Positions 40,020 through 51,095 of a DNA stretch of 64,000 nt are shown here, in pieces. Position numbers and translations under genes: made by a program. The DNA lies in contig CAWDPO010000015.1 in the NCBI GenBank assembly GCA_963804165.1, forward strand, positions 128,001-192,000, given 5' to 3'. Position 1 is the stretch's first letter, and each line of letters begins with the position of its first letter. Below the pieces are notes generated by a model. It had not been told where the DNA came from. It was given only the letters and a program-made list of their open reading frames with translations, and searched no databases. The DNA is from an uncultured delta proteobacterium. Its GTDB lineage: Bacteria > Desulfobacterota > Binatia > UBA9968.

Positions 40020-40870
40020 TCGGGATGCGTTCCATACTCGAAAATAATCGTCCGGTTGCCGTGCAAAAATACGCGCTCCTCGAACATCAACTTCACCGCC
40101 CGTGCCAGAACGATTTTCTCGACATCCCGCCCCGCCTGCACCATAGCCGCCGCGGTGTGCGCGTGATTCACGGGAATCACACTTTGGGCAATGATTGGGC
40201 CGGTATCGAGATCGTCGGTCACGATATGGGCTGTCGCGCCGATAATCTACACACCTCGTTCGTACGCCTGATGATACGGCTTGGCGCCGATAAAGGCTGG
40301 CAAGAAGGAGTGATGAATATTGATCATCTGGTTTGGATACCGCGCGACAAATTTCGGCGACAGGATGCGCATGTACTTCGCGAGCACGATATATTCTGGC
40401 GCATACCCGGCCAACACATCGGCGACCCGGTCTTCGTGCACTGTCCGTTCGAGATTCTGATGGCTGATGTACTGAAACGGGATGCCGAATTGCTCCACCA
40501 GTGATTTTAATTTTTCATGATTGCTGACCACCGCGCGAATCTCGCCCGGGAGCTCGCCCGAATAGTGGCGGATCAACAAATCACCGAGGCAATGCGCTTC
40601 CGTCGTCGTCATAATGACCACCGGTTGGTGCTCTCCGGCGGTTAATTTCACGACAGCATTTTTCGGAAGAATCTGTTCGAGGTAAGAAACCACCCGATCC
40701 GGCGACGTCGGACCCTCGAACGCCGTGCGCATAAAGAAATGCTTTGCTTCCGAGTCGACAAACTCTTGATTGCTCAGAATATTATAGCCGGCGTTATAGA
40801 GCACCCCGGTGATCTTGTGCACTAAACCGGGTTCATCGGGACAGTCGATGCGAAGAACATGTGGGGGCAC
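40016..40870 (-). pseudogene. purU: Formyltetrahydrofolate deformylase with in-frame TAG at 40247-40249
   Basis: CPDEPGLV, LAKYMRIL, INIHHSFLPAF, YERGV*IIGATAH...GPIIAQ...GRDVE continues in the same frame. Confidence 0.88.
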
Positions 40871-40962
40871 AATCGGAGCTCCATTTCGTCAAAAAATCAC
40901 CGTAAGTATGGCATGCTCCGGTAGGGAGATAAACGGTCGCGCGGACCATCACACGACGGTGG

Positions 40963-41433
40963 TCACTCTCCTGAACTTATCTCAAAGACAGGATAGCGCC
41001 CAACCAAAGACTCAAACTCTTTTAACGCCGATCCTGCGGAAATGGGAAAGTATCGCTGCACCGTGAGCCTGTACCGATCAAGGTACGCTTTTAGAATTTC
41101 CGGCTTTGCGTCTGCAGCGATCGCGTGCAGATGAATGTCTTCTCTTTTGCCCCTCTTGACTAGAGTTGCCTTTTGACTGACTGCGACATTTCTGACCCAC
41201 TGAGTATCTCCACGCGGCGCAACGAGATACCTCTTGTTTTTATGAGTGAGCACATTGACTGGAGTCGAGTAGATGCGTCCACTCTTCCGACCTTGAACCT
41301 CCAGCAGAAAGTTATGCGCCAGCCCAATGCCGATCTTGACCAGAAAGCCGAATATGTGGTTGATGATTCGGTCAACCAGACTCGGCTGCATGAACTCTAT
41401 TCGCGATTGTGCCATATCGATCGCAGCACGCAC
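40963..41433 (-). CDS. Deazaflavin (F420)-dependent nitroreductase-like protein
   Basis: LEVQGRKSGRIYSTPV, WVRN, YPVF. Confidence 0.8.
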   Translation of the reverse strand: MRAAIDMAQSRIEFMQPSLVDRIINHIFGFLVKIGIGLAHNFLLEVQGRKSGRIYSTPVNVLTHKNKRYLVAPRGDTQWVRNVAVSQKATLVKRGKREDIHLHAIAADAKPEILKAYLDRYRLTVQRYFPISAGSALKEFESLVGRYPVFEISSGE

Positions 41434-41525
41434 GCACCGACAATGGAGAATCTACTTGGTGGACATTGCCCAAAATCGTCGCTGTATCCCTACCTAATTC
41501 GCCACGATCATTTTGCGGGGGACAT

Positions 41526-41912
41526 TTAGGAGTCCGGGTAATGCGAGACTTCGATCAAATTCATGTCAGGGTCACGGAAATACACCGACATCATCAATCC
41601 TCTCGCCCCATTTCTTTCCACCGGCCCGCCGACCAACTTCACACCACAAGAATTCAGGTGCTCAACAACATTGCCAAGAGGCAGGGAAGTCACAAAGCAG
41701 ATGTCGCCAGAACCAGATGTGGGCTTGTCGGCGATCAGAGTGCTCTCGCGTCCCACTCGTTGCAGGTTAATCTTCTGTGTACCAAAGGTCAGAGCTTTCC
41801 TGCCTTCGCCAAAGACGTCGATCTCCATGCCCAGCACCTTCGAGTAGAACTCGCAGGTTGCTTCAATGTCTTTGACCGTCAAAACTACGTGATCGATGCC
41901 GTCGATTTTCAT
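41526..41912 (-). CDS. VOC/glyoxalase family protein
   Basis: IDHVVLTV, QKINL, SVYFRDPDMNLIE. Confidence 0.92.
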   Translation of the reverse strand: MKIDGIDHVVLTVKDIEATCEFYSKVLGMEIDVFGEGRKALTFGTQKINLQRVGRESTLIADKPTSGSGDICFVTSLPLGNVVEHLNSCGVKLVGGPVERNGARGLMMSVYFRDPDMNLIEVSHYPDS

Positions 41913-41948
41913 TGCTTCTCCGCGACAGGCGCCTCTACAAGTTTTTCG

Positions 41949-43064
41949 TTAGTGCTTTGCAGTGCTGTTCCCATCTAACCCAAACATTTTCATCGCATTG
42001 CCGCCAAGAATTTTTTCTTTGTCGACCTCTGACAAATTCTTCATCTGCTTGATCACATCGACCGTTCTCGGCCACGTGGCGACGGCGTCGCCATGATCGA
42101 AGTCGCTGCCGATGATAATGTTGTGATTCGGCCAACCGTTGACGGTGTCCGCGAGATACGACTCCCACGAGACGCAGGCGATATAGAATTGATCGAAGTA
42201 CTGGCTCGGCATTTTTTTGATGCCTTTTTTGCCTTCGAAGAACTGCTGCACGGCGACGGAGATAGTTGCCTCGTTCGGCATATGGGCGTCGAGCGTGTGC
42301 ATGATCCACGGCACCCAGCCGACGCCGCCTTCGAAGAAACCGAACTTCAATGTGGGAAAGCGGTCCAGCGTGCCGCTGAAGATCAACCGCGCCGCGCTGA
42401 CCATGTAGGTCAGCGGAAAACCGAGCGCGGTCGGAAAATGCTGAAAGCCCTGGAAACGCTCGGCACCAACCAGCCACGGATGACTGTGTTGCAATTCGAA
42501 TACGCGCGCCGCGGGATGAAGCAGAATGGGAATATCGAGATCGGCGATTTCTTCATAAAGTGGAAATAGAACTTCATTGTCCAAGTCGCCATCGCCCCAG
42601 CCGCCGTTGAACTTGACCGCTTTGAGACCGAGTTCTTTGACCGCGCGCCGCAATTCCTTGATCGACTCGTTGATATCCGGCAGATAGATCCACGCCACAC
42701 CGATGAAACGATCGTCCCCTTGGATATCTTCCGCGACAGTATCGTTGTATGCACGCGCCAATTGCCGGCCGAGCTCGGCGTCGACTTCATAAATCAGCTG
42801 CCGATTATCAGGAATCAGTACCTGCACGTCGAAGCCGTCTTTTTTCATAAATTCGGCCCGCAACGAGAGACTCCAGCGTCCTTCTTTGAAAGAGTGAATC
42901 TTTTTACCGTCGCGATAATAGGTCGCAACCTTACCCGGCACAACTTCGCCGTAACGAACCATGTCGCCTTTGTCTTCGACCACTTCCAGATGGCCGCGCC
43001 CCGGGTGTTTGACCTTGTCAATGAAACGCAGCGGCCAGTAATGTGTATCGCCATCGATGTACAT
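41949..43064 (-). CDS. Amidohydrolase_2 family metalloenzyme
   Basis: IDGDTH, ILLHP, FFEGGVGW, GSDFDHGD, ILGGNA. Confidence 0.88.
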   Translation of the reverse strand: MYIDGDTHYWPLRFIDKVKHPGRGHLEVVEDKGDMVRYGEVVPGKVATYYRDGKKIHSFKEGRWSLSLRAEFMKKDGFDVQVLIPDNRQLIYEVDAELGRQLARAYNDTVAEDIQGDDRFIGVAWIYLPDINESIKELRRAVKELGLKAVKFNGGWGDGDLDNEVLFPLYEEIADLDIPILLHPAARVFELQHSHPWLVGAERFQGFQHFPTALGFPLTYMVSAARLIFSGTLDRFPTLKFGFFEGGVGWVPWIMHTLDAHMPNEATISVAVQQFFEGKKGIKKMPSQYFDQFYIACVSWESYLADTVNGWPNHNIIIGSDFDHGDAVATWPRTVDVIKQMKNLSEVDKEKILGGNAMKMFGLDGNSTAKH

Positions 43065-43151
43065 GTGTACTTCTCCTAACTGTTTCAGCGTCTAGAATCT
43101 TGCGTTCTCGGCGTTGACGTGAGACACAGACTCTAAACTCCAGACGCGTAT

Positions 43152-44166
43152 CTATTTTACCCCGTATCTCGCATACATCTCGTCGATGAAGCCGCTCTGA
43201 TCGAGTTTTTTCATGAAACGGTCGTCTACCAGTTCTTCGACTTTGACCTTTTCCACCGCCGGATTGCGCAGCTTCATCAGCCGCTGTACGTTTCTTAGTC
43301 CATCTAAGCTCGCGTGTGGTTTGCGATCCAACCCCGTGATCACATCCTTGTATCCTTCCTCCGCCTCCTGGTCGTTGATTCTCAAGTATTTCTTGAGGAT
43401 GGTCATCGCCCTGCCCTTATTGGTGGCCCGAAGATAAATGCCTCGCTTTCCAAAAGTGCCCTCAGCAGATTCTCGATGATTTGCGGATTGCTCTGAATAA
43501 AGCTTCCCTCGGCAACGATCCCAACACTTGAAATTGGGATGTTGGACTTGCTCAGTTCGGCGAGGATCGGATAGCCGTTTTCACGTAACGTGCGGCTCAT
43601 GACTCCGTCGAGCACCGTCGCATCGATGGTTCCGGTCACCAGAGCCTGCGCCAGTACCGATTGATCGCCCGCCGCAATCAGGCTGATCTTATCTCTGTTC
43701 GGATCGAGACCGAAATGTTCCAAAGCGAGAATGGCGCCCATCCAAACCGTGCCGCCGATGCTCTGGACGCCGAAAATCTTGCCGCGCAGGTCTTCAGGGG
43801 TCTTGATATGCTTTCGCGCCACGACGTCATAGGTCACGCGATTGGTGAAGGCCGCGAGAATTTTTAGATCCGATCCGCTCGCCGCCGCTCCCAACACCGC
43901 TGTGCCACCGGTGTAGCCGATCTGGATATCGCCGGACGTCAAGGCAGCGACAAGTGTCGGTGCCTGTCGTATGAAAATCATGTCGGCGGGGACGCCGTAC
44001 TTGTTGAAGAACCCTTGTTCTTTAGCCGTCCAAAGGGGAAGGACTCTGGCGTTAACCGCGGCATGGGCGATGATACTCTTAGCCGGCGCCGACGCCGCGT
44101 CGAGAGATTTGATTGGCAGCAGATAAATCAGGAGCGCCGAAACCAGACAACCCGGTATCTCCCCAT
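43152..44166 (-). pseudogene. NMT1/SsuA-type SBP with two frameshifts (about 44150 and 43420)
   Basis: ATG at 44166 with GGAGG is one base out of frame with CLVSALLIYLL...LWTAKEQGFF; second shift joins EAFIFGP to NKGRAMTILKKYL. Confidence 0.8.
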
Positions 44167-44224
44167 CGCTTCCTCCTCTCTCGCGTGGCGAACAGAGTAA
44201 CGTCGATATCTGGATCCGCGATTC

Positions 44225-45317
44225 CTAAAGCCCCAAGCCTAAGAGATTGATCGCGTTCTCGCCCAGCACTTTTCGCTTGTTCTCCGGGGAAATCTTGGTG
44301 CTTTTGGCCACCGGGCCCGTCACTTGTCCGGGTTTGGAAGAATCCCAATGCGGCGAGTCGGTCGCCAGCACCAGTCGATCACCGCCCAAATATTCCACCG
44401 CCCATTCGAATAGGCCGTCTTCGAACGGCTCACAGCCGACAAACACGCTCTGGTTAAAAATATCCGACGGCTTGCGCTTCTGCCAGGGCACCAGATGCGG
44501 CAGTTTTTCCCAATGCTCGTCCATGCGCGATAGCCACCAAGGCATCTGCGAGGCGCCGGTTTCGAGGCAAATGATTTTCAGATCCGGGTGTTTTTCCATG
44601 ACGCCGCCGCAAAGGTAAACCATCAAGCAGACCATGCTCTCGATGGTGCGCCCGACCATGTGCGAGAAGAAAAAGTTCTCGGCGAAGCGTTCCTGGCCCA
44701 TCGAACCCGTTTTGGTATCGTGAAAAATAATCGGCGTATTGGTTTTTTCCAGTTCGTCAAAGATCGGGTCGAAGTACGGGTCCCACCACTCCTTGCCCGG
44801 AATCGGCGTCGCCTTGACGTTGAGCGCCTTGCTGCCCAATTCGCGCGATCGATGCAGTTCCTTGATCGCTTCTTTAGGGTCTTGCAGGGGAATGACACCG
44901 GCCCACATGAGCCGTCCCTGCTGCTGCGAGGCGTACCAGTTCATGTAATTGTTTTGCGCCCGCGCATATGCCGCACCGAGCTCCGCATCGTCCACAAACC
45001 AGAGAATGTCGAGCGCCGGCGAGTTGGGCGAGAGCACCGCCACGTCGATGCCGTCCAAGTTCATATTTCTTACGCGCCCCTCGCGGCGTGAGGTCCGCCT
45101 CGGTGACCCATTCTTTCTTGTCCGCCTTTTGCCGTCCGAGCTCCGAGCCGATCATGATCCGGTTGCCGATCAGCGTTTTGCGCCGCTCGTTGTCTTTGGT
45201 CGGCAACTTGCGCGGCAAAAACTCTTTATATTGCGCTTCGACCGTTTGATGCCAACTTTCCAGATCGCCCACCAAGTGACTGTCGAGATCGATCACCTTC
45301 ATTCCATCGATTGCCAT
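44225..45317 (-). pseudogene. Amidohydrolase_2 with frameshift near 45075
   Basis: IDLDSH in 44874..45317; MNLDGIDVAVL...LATDSPHWD in 44225..45064. Confidence 0.82.
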
Positions 45318-45334
45318 AACGCCGTCCTTTCTAG

Positions 45335-46349
45335 TTAACGCAACGCGGTCTTGCCGCCCAATGCCTGGTCAAGAAACCCGCTTTTTTCCATTTCACGGAG
45401 CAAACTCTCGTCAATCAATCGTTCCAAATTGATGTCACCGATCTTTGGATTGCGAAGTTTCATAAAGCGCTGAATATTTTTTAACCCGTCGACCGCAACG
45501 AACCCCCGCCGATCACTACGCCGCAGGTATTCTTCATAGCCATCGTTCGCCGCGACCGGATCAGTGACGACCGAGCTTCTTCGTCATGATTTCAACTACG
45601 GTCGGCTTGTTCGCGGGGTTGAGGACAAAACCATGGCCTTCGATCAGCGCTCGCAAGGCGTTGCGGACGATCAAAGCGTGGTGGGAAAGATAGTCGGTCT
45701 TTACCACGACGCTGGTGCCGACCAGAGGAATCTTTTCCAGATCACCGAGAAAATTGTAGCCCGCGCGCTTTAGCCGCCGACTGAAAACACCCGCGAGCGA
45801 CCCACCCTGAATCGTATTCGCCTCCAGCGCCTGGCTGATGACGCGCTGGTCGCCAAAGGCCGCGAGGGAAATTTTGTCGCGCTCGGGGTTCAAGCCGACC
45901 TGCTCCAGTCCCAACATCGTCGACATCCAGCCGGTGCCGCCGATGCTGGTGACGCCGATCCGTTTACCTTTGGCATCGGCCGGGCTTTTGACATCCGGCC
46001 TTACCACAAGATCACTTTGAATATAGTTGGCGAAAGCGGCGATGATTTTTACATCGAGTCCGCCGACTGCGGCGCCCAGCGTGGCCGTGCCGCCGGTGTA
46101 ACCGAGGTGCACGTCGCCGGTGTTGAGCGAGGCAATCAAGGTCGGCGAGCCGGGAATAAAAATGGACTGTACGTCGAGGCCGTTCTTGGCGAAAAATCCC
46201 TTCTCCTGGGCTACCCAAAGGGTCGTAACGACGGAGCTCATCGACGCATAGCCGACGACGATTTTCGTGCGCGTTTGAGCATCGGCGGTATTAGAAAAGA
46301 CAAAAAGAAACAGCAGGATCGTGGAAAGTCGAAAACGCTTTTGCAGCAT
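45335..46349 (-). pseudogene. NMT1/SsuA-type SBP with frameshift near 45570
   Basis: Signal peptide, LWVAQEKGFFAKNGL; C-terminus VTDPVAANDGYEEY...GLKNIQRFMKLRNP...SGFLD in another frame. Confidence 0.82.
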
Positions 46350-46595
46350 TGCGGGAATTACCTCTTGCTGTAAACCTGTTGTGGGGATAACAAAGCCGTT
46401 GCCGGGTGTCAATCAAACGCGCCGCTGGCCGATGATAGTTCGATCCGGTTCTCCATCGTGCTTGACCGATTTGATTGACAATGTTTTCGTCAAAGTCTAC
46501 TTCATCACTATTCGCCAAGAGATTTTTGCGGCGAAGAGGATTATTTAATACGTTATTGTTTGTTGGCGATGACCCCCACGACTGGGCGACCGGAA

Positions 46596-47622
46596 ATGAA
46601 ACTGATTGTTTTCCTGATATTACTTTCGTTACTACCGGACACCGTCCGCGCCCAGGAAACTTTCTACAGCGGCAAAACTTTGCGGGTCATCGTCGGCAGC
46701 AGCGCTGGCAACACTCAGGATCAGATGACCCGCCTAGTCACGCGATATCTGCCGAAATATCTACCTGGTCATCCCAACGTCATCGTCGAAAACATGAGCG
46801 GCGCCAGTTCGTTGATCGCCGCGAATTACCTTTTCAAAGTCGCCAAAGGCGACGGATTGACTCTCGGCACGGTGTCCCGCGCGCTCTATTTTGACCAACT
46901 TGTTGGCCGGAAGGAGGTTCAATTCGACTGGGCGAAATTCACCTGGATCGGCACCCCGGTCGAAGGTCACGAGTTGCTTTTCATCGCCGGCAGCGCGCCT
47001 TACAAGAGCATCCGCGACTTGGTTGGCGCCGCCCAATCGCTCAAGTGCGGCGCATCTGGAACGACATCGACCGGTTATTATATTCCCAAGCTCGTCAACG
47101 AAATTTTTGGCACGAAATTTCAAATTGTCACCGGCTACGGCGGCGGCGCTGAGCTCGATCTCGCCGTGCAGCGCGGCGAGACCCAGTGCCGCGCGACGAG
47201 CGTCTCGGGCTTTACCGGGTTCGGCGCTTTCCGTGATTGGCGCCAGTCCGGCTCAGCGCGGGTATTGATGCAAACCGGTCGCAAGCGAGACGTCAAATTG
47301 ACCGATGTCCCCACCGTGTATGAGCTCATGGACGATTCTAAAACGCCTGAGTGGGGCCGGCGCCTCGCGGCGGTGATGCTGTACCCCGGCGAATTTGGCT
47401 GGCCCATGGTCGCTCCGCCCGGAGTATCGTCAGACAAGGTCAAGTTACTGCGTGCGGCGTTTAAAAATGCGCTCAGCCGACTCCGAGTTAGTTTCCGAGG
47501 CCAAGAAACGACAGTTAGAGCTGACACCGTCAGGGGGTGAAGAGCTTGAAAATCTCGCGAAGGAAGTGATAGCCCAACCTCGGGATGTCGTCGACCGCAT
47601 GAAGGCAGTGCTTGGCAACTAA
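46596..47622 (+). pseudogene. Bug/TctC tripartite tricarboxylate transporter SBP with frameshift near 47478
   Basis: FYSGKTLRVIVG, VENMSGA, GDGLTL, GYGGG, APPGV; C-terminus DSELVSEAKK...GEEL in another frame. Confidence 0.82.
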
Positions 47623-47730
47623 TCAAGAAAGTAAGAGCAAATAGTGAATCGCTTGTACGCGGAGACCGTGTTCCAACCGTGTCGTTCAAAGCAGCGCGGA
47701 CCATCTCGCAGTTCTGGCAGGTGAAAAGTC

Positions 47731-47784
47731 GAGATCCCTCGGCGGAGTCTATCCTGAGCATCGTCGAAGGACCTCAGAATGACA
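47731..47784. repeat. REP-like element
   Basis: GAGATCCCTCGG...TCCTGAGCATCGTCGAAGG...CTCAGAATGACA; shares core with 60132 and 63300 elements. Confidence 0.6.
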
Positions 47785-47821
47785 TCACGGCACGACCTCT
47801 CACCCACAAGGAGGACCCACC

Positions 47822-48883
47822 TTGAAACTAAGAGTCGGTAACGCCTGCTGGCACGCCTTTCACGTGCAACATGCCGCTGTAGCGCTCGAAGCAGGTTTTT
47901 TTGCACAAGAAGGGATCGACGTCGAGATCGTCCACGCCAAGATCAATCCCAAAGCGATATCGTCGAGTCGGCCGGGCGGCGAACGCTACGATGAAGTCGG
48001 CACGGTGGTTCGCGATATGATCGCTTACGGCATAGATATTATCCCCGATGTCCATGTGCGCACGCCGTTCGCCGAGCGCGCCCTGGGCAATGATGAGGTG
48101 CGTATCATCGGCGGTTGGCGTAGCCAATTCCGCGGCAGTCTCGTCGCTGCCCCCGGCATCAAGTCGCTGCAAGATTTGCGCGGCAAGCGCATCGGCGACT
48201 GGTATAAAGGAGGCATCGCCACTATGTGGTTCGAGCAGCAACTGCGTAAATCCGAGATCGATCCTGAGCGCGATGTCGAGTGGAAGATCGGCTACAAGTA
48301 CGGGTCGTTGCGCGAGGCTTGGAAGCCTCTGCTCGCCGGCGAAACCGACGCGGCCATCGTGCAGAACCCGTTCGTGCCGCAATTACTGGAGCGCGGCTTT
48401 AACCGGCTTTACGATTTTGTCGAGGACAACAAGCCGCATGGACGGCCCGATCGTGTGACCGTGGCGCGCAAGTCGTTCATCGAGCGCAATCCGGAAATGA
48501 TCAAACGCTACTGGAAAGCTTCGATTCGCGCCTATCAGTTCATGCGCATCAAGGAAAACTATCCGTTATTTCGCGCCGTCGAAGCCCGGCTGCGGGTCAA
48601 CAATCCCGACGAAGCGGAACGTACCCGCGACTTGTTCCCGATAATGCTGATGGACGATCATTTCTTTCCGCTGGACGGGCAAGTCAGCAGCGAGGGGATC
48701 TGGCGCATTCTCGAAGAACACAAATCCGGCGGCGCGCTGCCAGCTTCCTTGCGGCGCGCCGACGTCGACGAAGTGCGCCGCACGGAGCTCGTCGAAGAAG
48801 CCTGGGCGGAAGTCTCACAAACCGACGAAGTCAAACGCAACCTAGAGCGGCTGCGGCCGGTGATCGAAAAAGTGGGATTTTAA
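47822..48883 (+). CDS. NMT1/SsuA-fold protein lacking a signal peptide
   Basis: GGAGG then TTG start; EAGFFAQEGIDVE, IKSLQDLRGKRIG, IDPERDV. Confidence 0.8.
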   Translation: MKLRVGNACWHAFHVQHAAVALEAGFFAQEGIDVEIVHAKINPKAISSSRPGGERYDEVGTVVRDMIAYGIDIIPDVHVRTPFAERALGNDEVRIIGGWRSQFRGSLVAAPGIKSLQDLRGKRIGDWYKGGIATMWFEQQLRKSEIDPERDVEWKIGYKYGSLREAWKPLLAGETDAAIVQNPFVPQLLERGFNRLYDFVEDNKPHGRPDRVTVARKSFIERNPEMIKRYWKASIRAYQFMRIKENYPLFRAVEARLRVNNPDEAERTRDLFPIMLMDDHFFPLDGQVSSEGIWRILEEHKSGGALPASLRRADVDEVRRTELVEEAWAEVSQTDEVKRNLERLRPVIEKVGF

Positions 48884-48939
48884 GGCGTCCACCGTTCGTC
48901 GATTTGAACGGCTTGAACGATTGGAACGTATTGAGCTCT

Positions 48940-49920
48940 TTATAATCCTAATTCCTTCTGTGCTTGTTTAACGAAACTCTGGTCGGCGTATTTTTCCGGA
49001 CTCGGCAGCGGCTCTTTGAGAATGCCATCTCTAAATTGCACTTCGATATTCACTTTCAGCCCGTCGAGGGTCACCGACCCGTCGATGGGAAAAACTTTGT
49101 TTTTGGTAAAATAGTCGATGCCGCGGCGCGCGTAGGGTTGCTTCACGCCCATCTCGCTCGTGAATAACTCCGCGGCCAGCTCTGGCTGCTCGTGGATCCA
49201 GCGCAGCGAACGAATGTGCGCTTTGAGGAATTTCACCACGGTGGCGCGGTTTTTCTCCGCCCACGGCGGATTCACCGTGATGCCGTTGAATTGGTACGTC
49301 GGAATCAATTCCATCGTGTCGCCGAGCTTGTTAAAGCCTTGATCGATGGCGATATCCGAATATGGAATGCCGAGAATGCCGGCGGCGATCGCGCCGCTCT
49401 CCAGCGCGGTCAGCCGCGCCGCTGTGCCGCCGGAGATCACGCTGAAGGTGTAGTCGCGCGGATAGTGCAGCCCTTTGCTTTTGAGGTAATCCACGAGAAT
49501 GGAAGTCGCGCCGCCGCGCAAGCCTGAGACTCCCAGACGCGCGCCTTTGAGGTCGTCGAGTTTTTTGTATGCCTTGCCGCCGACAAGTATATACGGCGCG
49601 GCGTTGTCGACACCGGCGATGACTTTGAGATTACCGCCCTTCTCGTTGACTAGAATCACGCCGTCGGAATTGAGCGTGCCGAAGTTAATCTCGCCGGCGA
49701 TCAGTGCTTGCAGTTGCACATCGCTGCGGCCGATGAGAATCAATTCGACTTTAAGATTCTCCGCGTTGTAAAAACCCTTTTTTTGCCCGATGTAAAACGG
49801 CAAATAGAAAAGCGTCTTCGAGGTCATGCCGACTTTAAGCGATTGCGCCAGCGCTTGCGGCGCCGGGATCAAATTGATGATGAACAGCAAAACGATCGCC
49901 AGGGGGGATATCATTGGCAT
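48940..49920 (-). CDS. NMT1/SsuA-type SBP
   Basis: Signal peptide, KKGFYNAENLKVE, DLKGARLGVS. Confidence 0.88.
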   Translation of the reverse strand: MPMISPLAIVLLFIINLIPAPQALAQSLKVGMTSKTLFYLPFYIGQKKGFYNAENLKVELILIGRSDVQLQALIAGEINFGTLNSDGVILVNEKGGNLKVIAGVDNAAPYILVGGKAYKKLDDLKGARLGVSGLRGGATSILVDYLKSKGLHYPRDYTFSVISGGTAARLTALESGAIAAGILGIPYSDIAIDQGFNKLGDTMELIPTYQFNGITVNPPWAEKNRATVVKFLKAHIRSLRWIHEQPELAAELFTSEMGVKQPYARRGIDYFTKNKVFPIDGSVTLDGLKVNIEVQFRDGILKEPLPSPEKYADQSFVKQAQKELGL

Positions 49921-50053
49921 CGATCCTCCTTCGCTCCGGATATGGCCTGTAGCAGTCTCCGCGGACTTGGCGGCAATGTAGTATATCGACTTCTACCTTG
50001 ACAATGCTGACCGGGGGGTTGTATGCCGCAGACTCGGAGGGAGACGGCCGCGT

Positions 50054-51082
50054 ATGAAAACTCTTATTGCCGCTCTGACCATGCTCACCTTCGTCAGTCT
50101 GCCGATTCTCGGGCACGCCAACCCATACCTTGCCAAACCGGGAGAATCGCCAACCACGGTCCGCGTCGCCGCCTGCGCGATCACCGGCGGTTTCATTCAT
50201 CTGTATGCCGCCCTCGATAACGGCCTCTTCGATAAGTACGGTATGAAGGTTGAATCTGTCTCGATTCGTGGCAGCGGCGTTGCTTTGGCGGCGTTGGCCG
50301 CCGACGAGATTCAATTCCTCTATTGCGCCGCCGACGCGACGATACCCGGAATGGCCGCCGGCAGCGACGCGAAGCTGATCGCTTCTCCGCTCGTCGGTCT
50401 GCCCTGGGTCATGCTCGCTCGCAAAGACATCAAGAGGCCGGAAGATTTGAAAGGCAAAAGTATCGCGGTGACGAGGGCCGGCGATCTGACCTTCCGATTG
50501 GCGCGCGCGCTGCTCAAGAAATTCAATCTCAGCGAGAATGACGTGAACATTCGCACCGTCGGCGGCACCGGCCAAGTGGAACCGTTCAACGCCATGCATG
50601 CCGGTATCGCGGAAGCGGCTCTGGTGACGCCGCCGCTCGACGTCCGCGGGCGACGCAATGGCTTCAACGTGATTTATCGTCTGAACGATCTCGGCGTGCC
50701 GGCGGTCTACAGTTCGCTGCACACCAATGCCAAGTCGCTCAAAGAGCGTCCTGCCCTGGTGCAAAGATGGACCGCCGCGCTGGCGGAATCGATCCATTTT
50801 GTCGAGAAGAATCCGGACAAAGGCAAAGCCGCCGTGAGCAAGGCGCTCAAGCTCAACGATGCCGACGCGCTGCAATCGGCGTACGACGCTTATGCGAAGT
50901 TGCTGGTCAACCGCCGCTTGATCGTGCCCGAAGGCACGGTCGCAGGCGTGATCGAAGTGGCGCGCGAGCAAGGCACCAACGTGCGCCGCAAGGCTGCGGA
51001 GATGATCGACAACCGCTTCGCCGAAGATTTGGACAAGAGTGGTTTCCTCAAAGAGCTATGGGGCGGAGAAGTCGCCCGCTAG
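50054..51082 (+). CDS. NMT1/SsuA-type SBP
   Basis: GGAGG RBS, signal peptide, GLFDKYGMKVE, DLKGKSIAVTR, SGFLKELW. Confidence 0.88.
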   Translation: MKTLIAALTMLTFVSLPILGHANPYLAKPGESPTTVRVAACAITGGFIHLYAALDNGLFDKYGMKVESVSIRGSGVALAALAADEIQFLYCAADATIPGMAAGSDAKLIASPLVGLPWVMLARKDIKRPEDLKGKSIAVTRAGDLTFRLARALLKKFNLSENDVNIRTVGGTGQVEPFNAMHAGIAEAALVTPPLDVRGRRNGFNVIYRLNDLGVPAVYSSLHTNAKSLKERPALVQRWTAALAESIHFVEKNPDKGKAAVSKALKLNDADALQSAYDAYAKLLVNRRLIVPEGTVAGVIEVAREQGTNVRRKAAEMIDNRFAEDLDKSGFLKELWGGEVAR

Positions 51083-51095
51083 AAGGAGTCGATTA

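Noticed and set aside
40016-40870. Genome-wide TAG recoding
   Set aside because: Several conserved genes (carB, alaC, oppA, accC) end at TAG at their expected C-termini
49835-50971. 378-aa minus-strand ORF
   Set aside because: Antisense to a well-formed SBP gene
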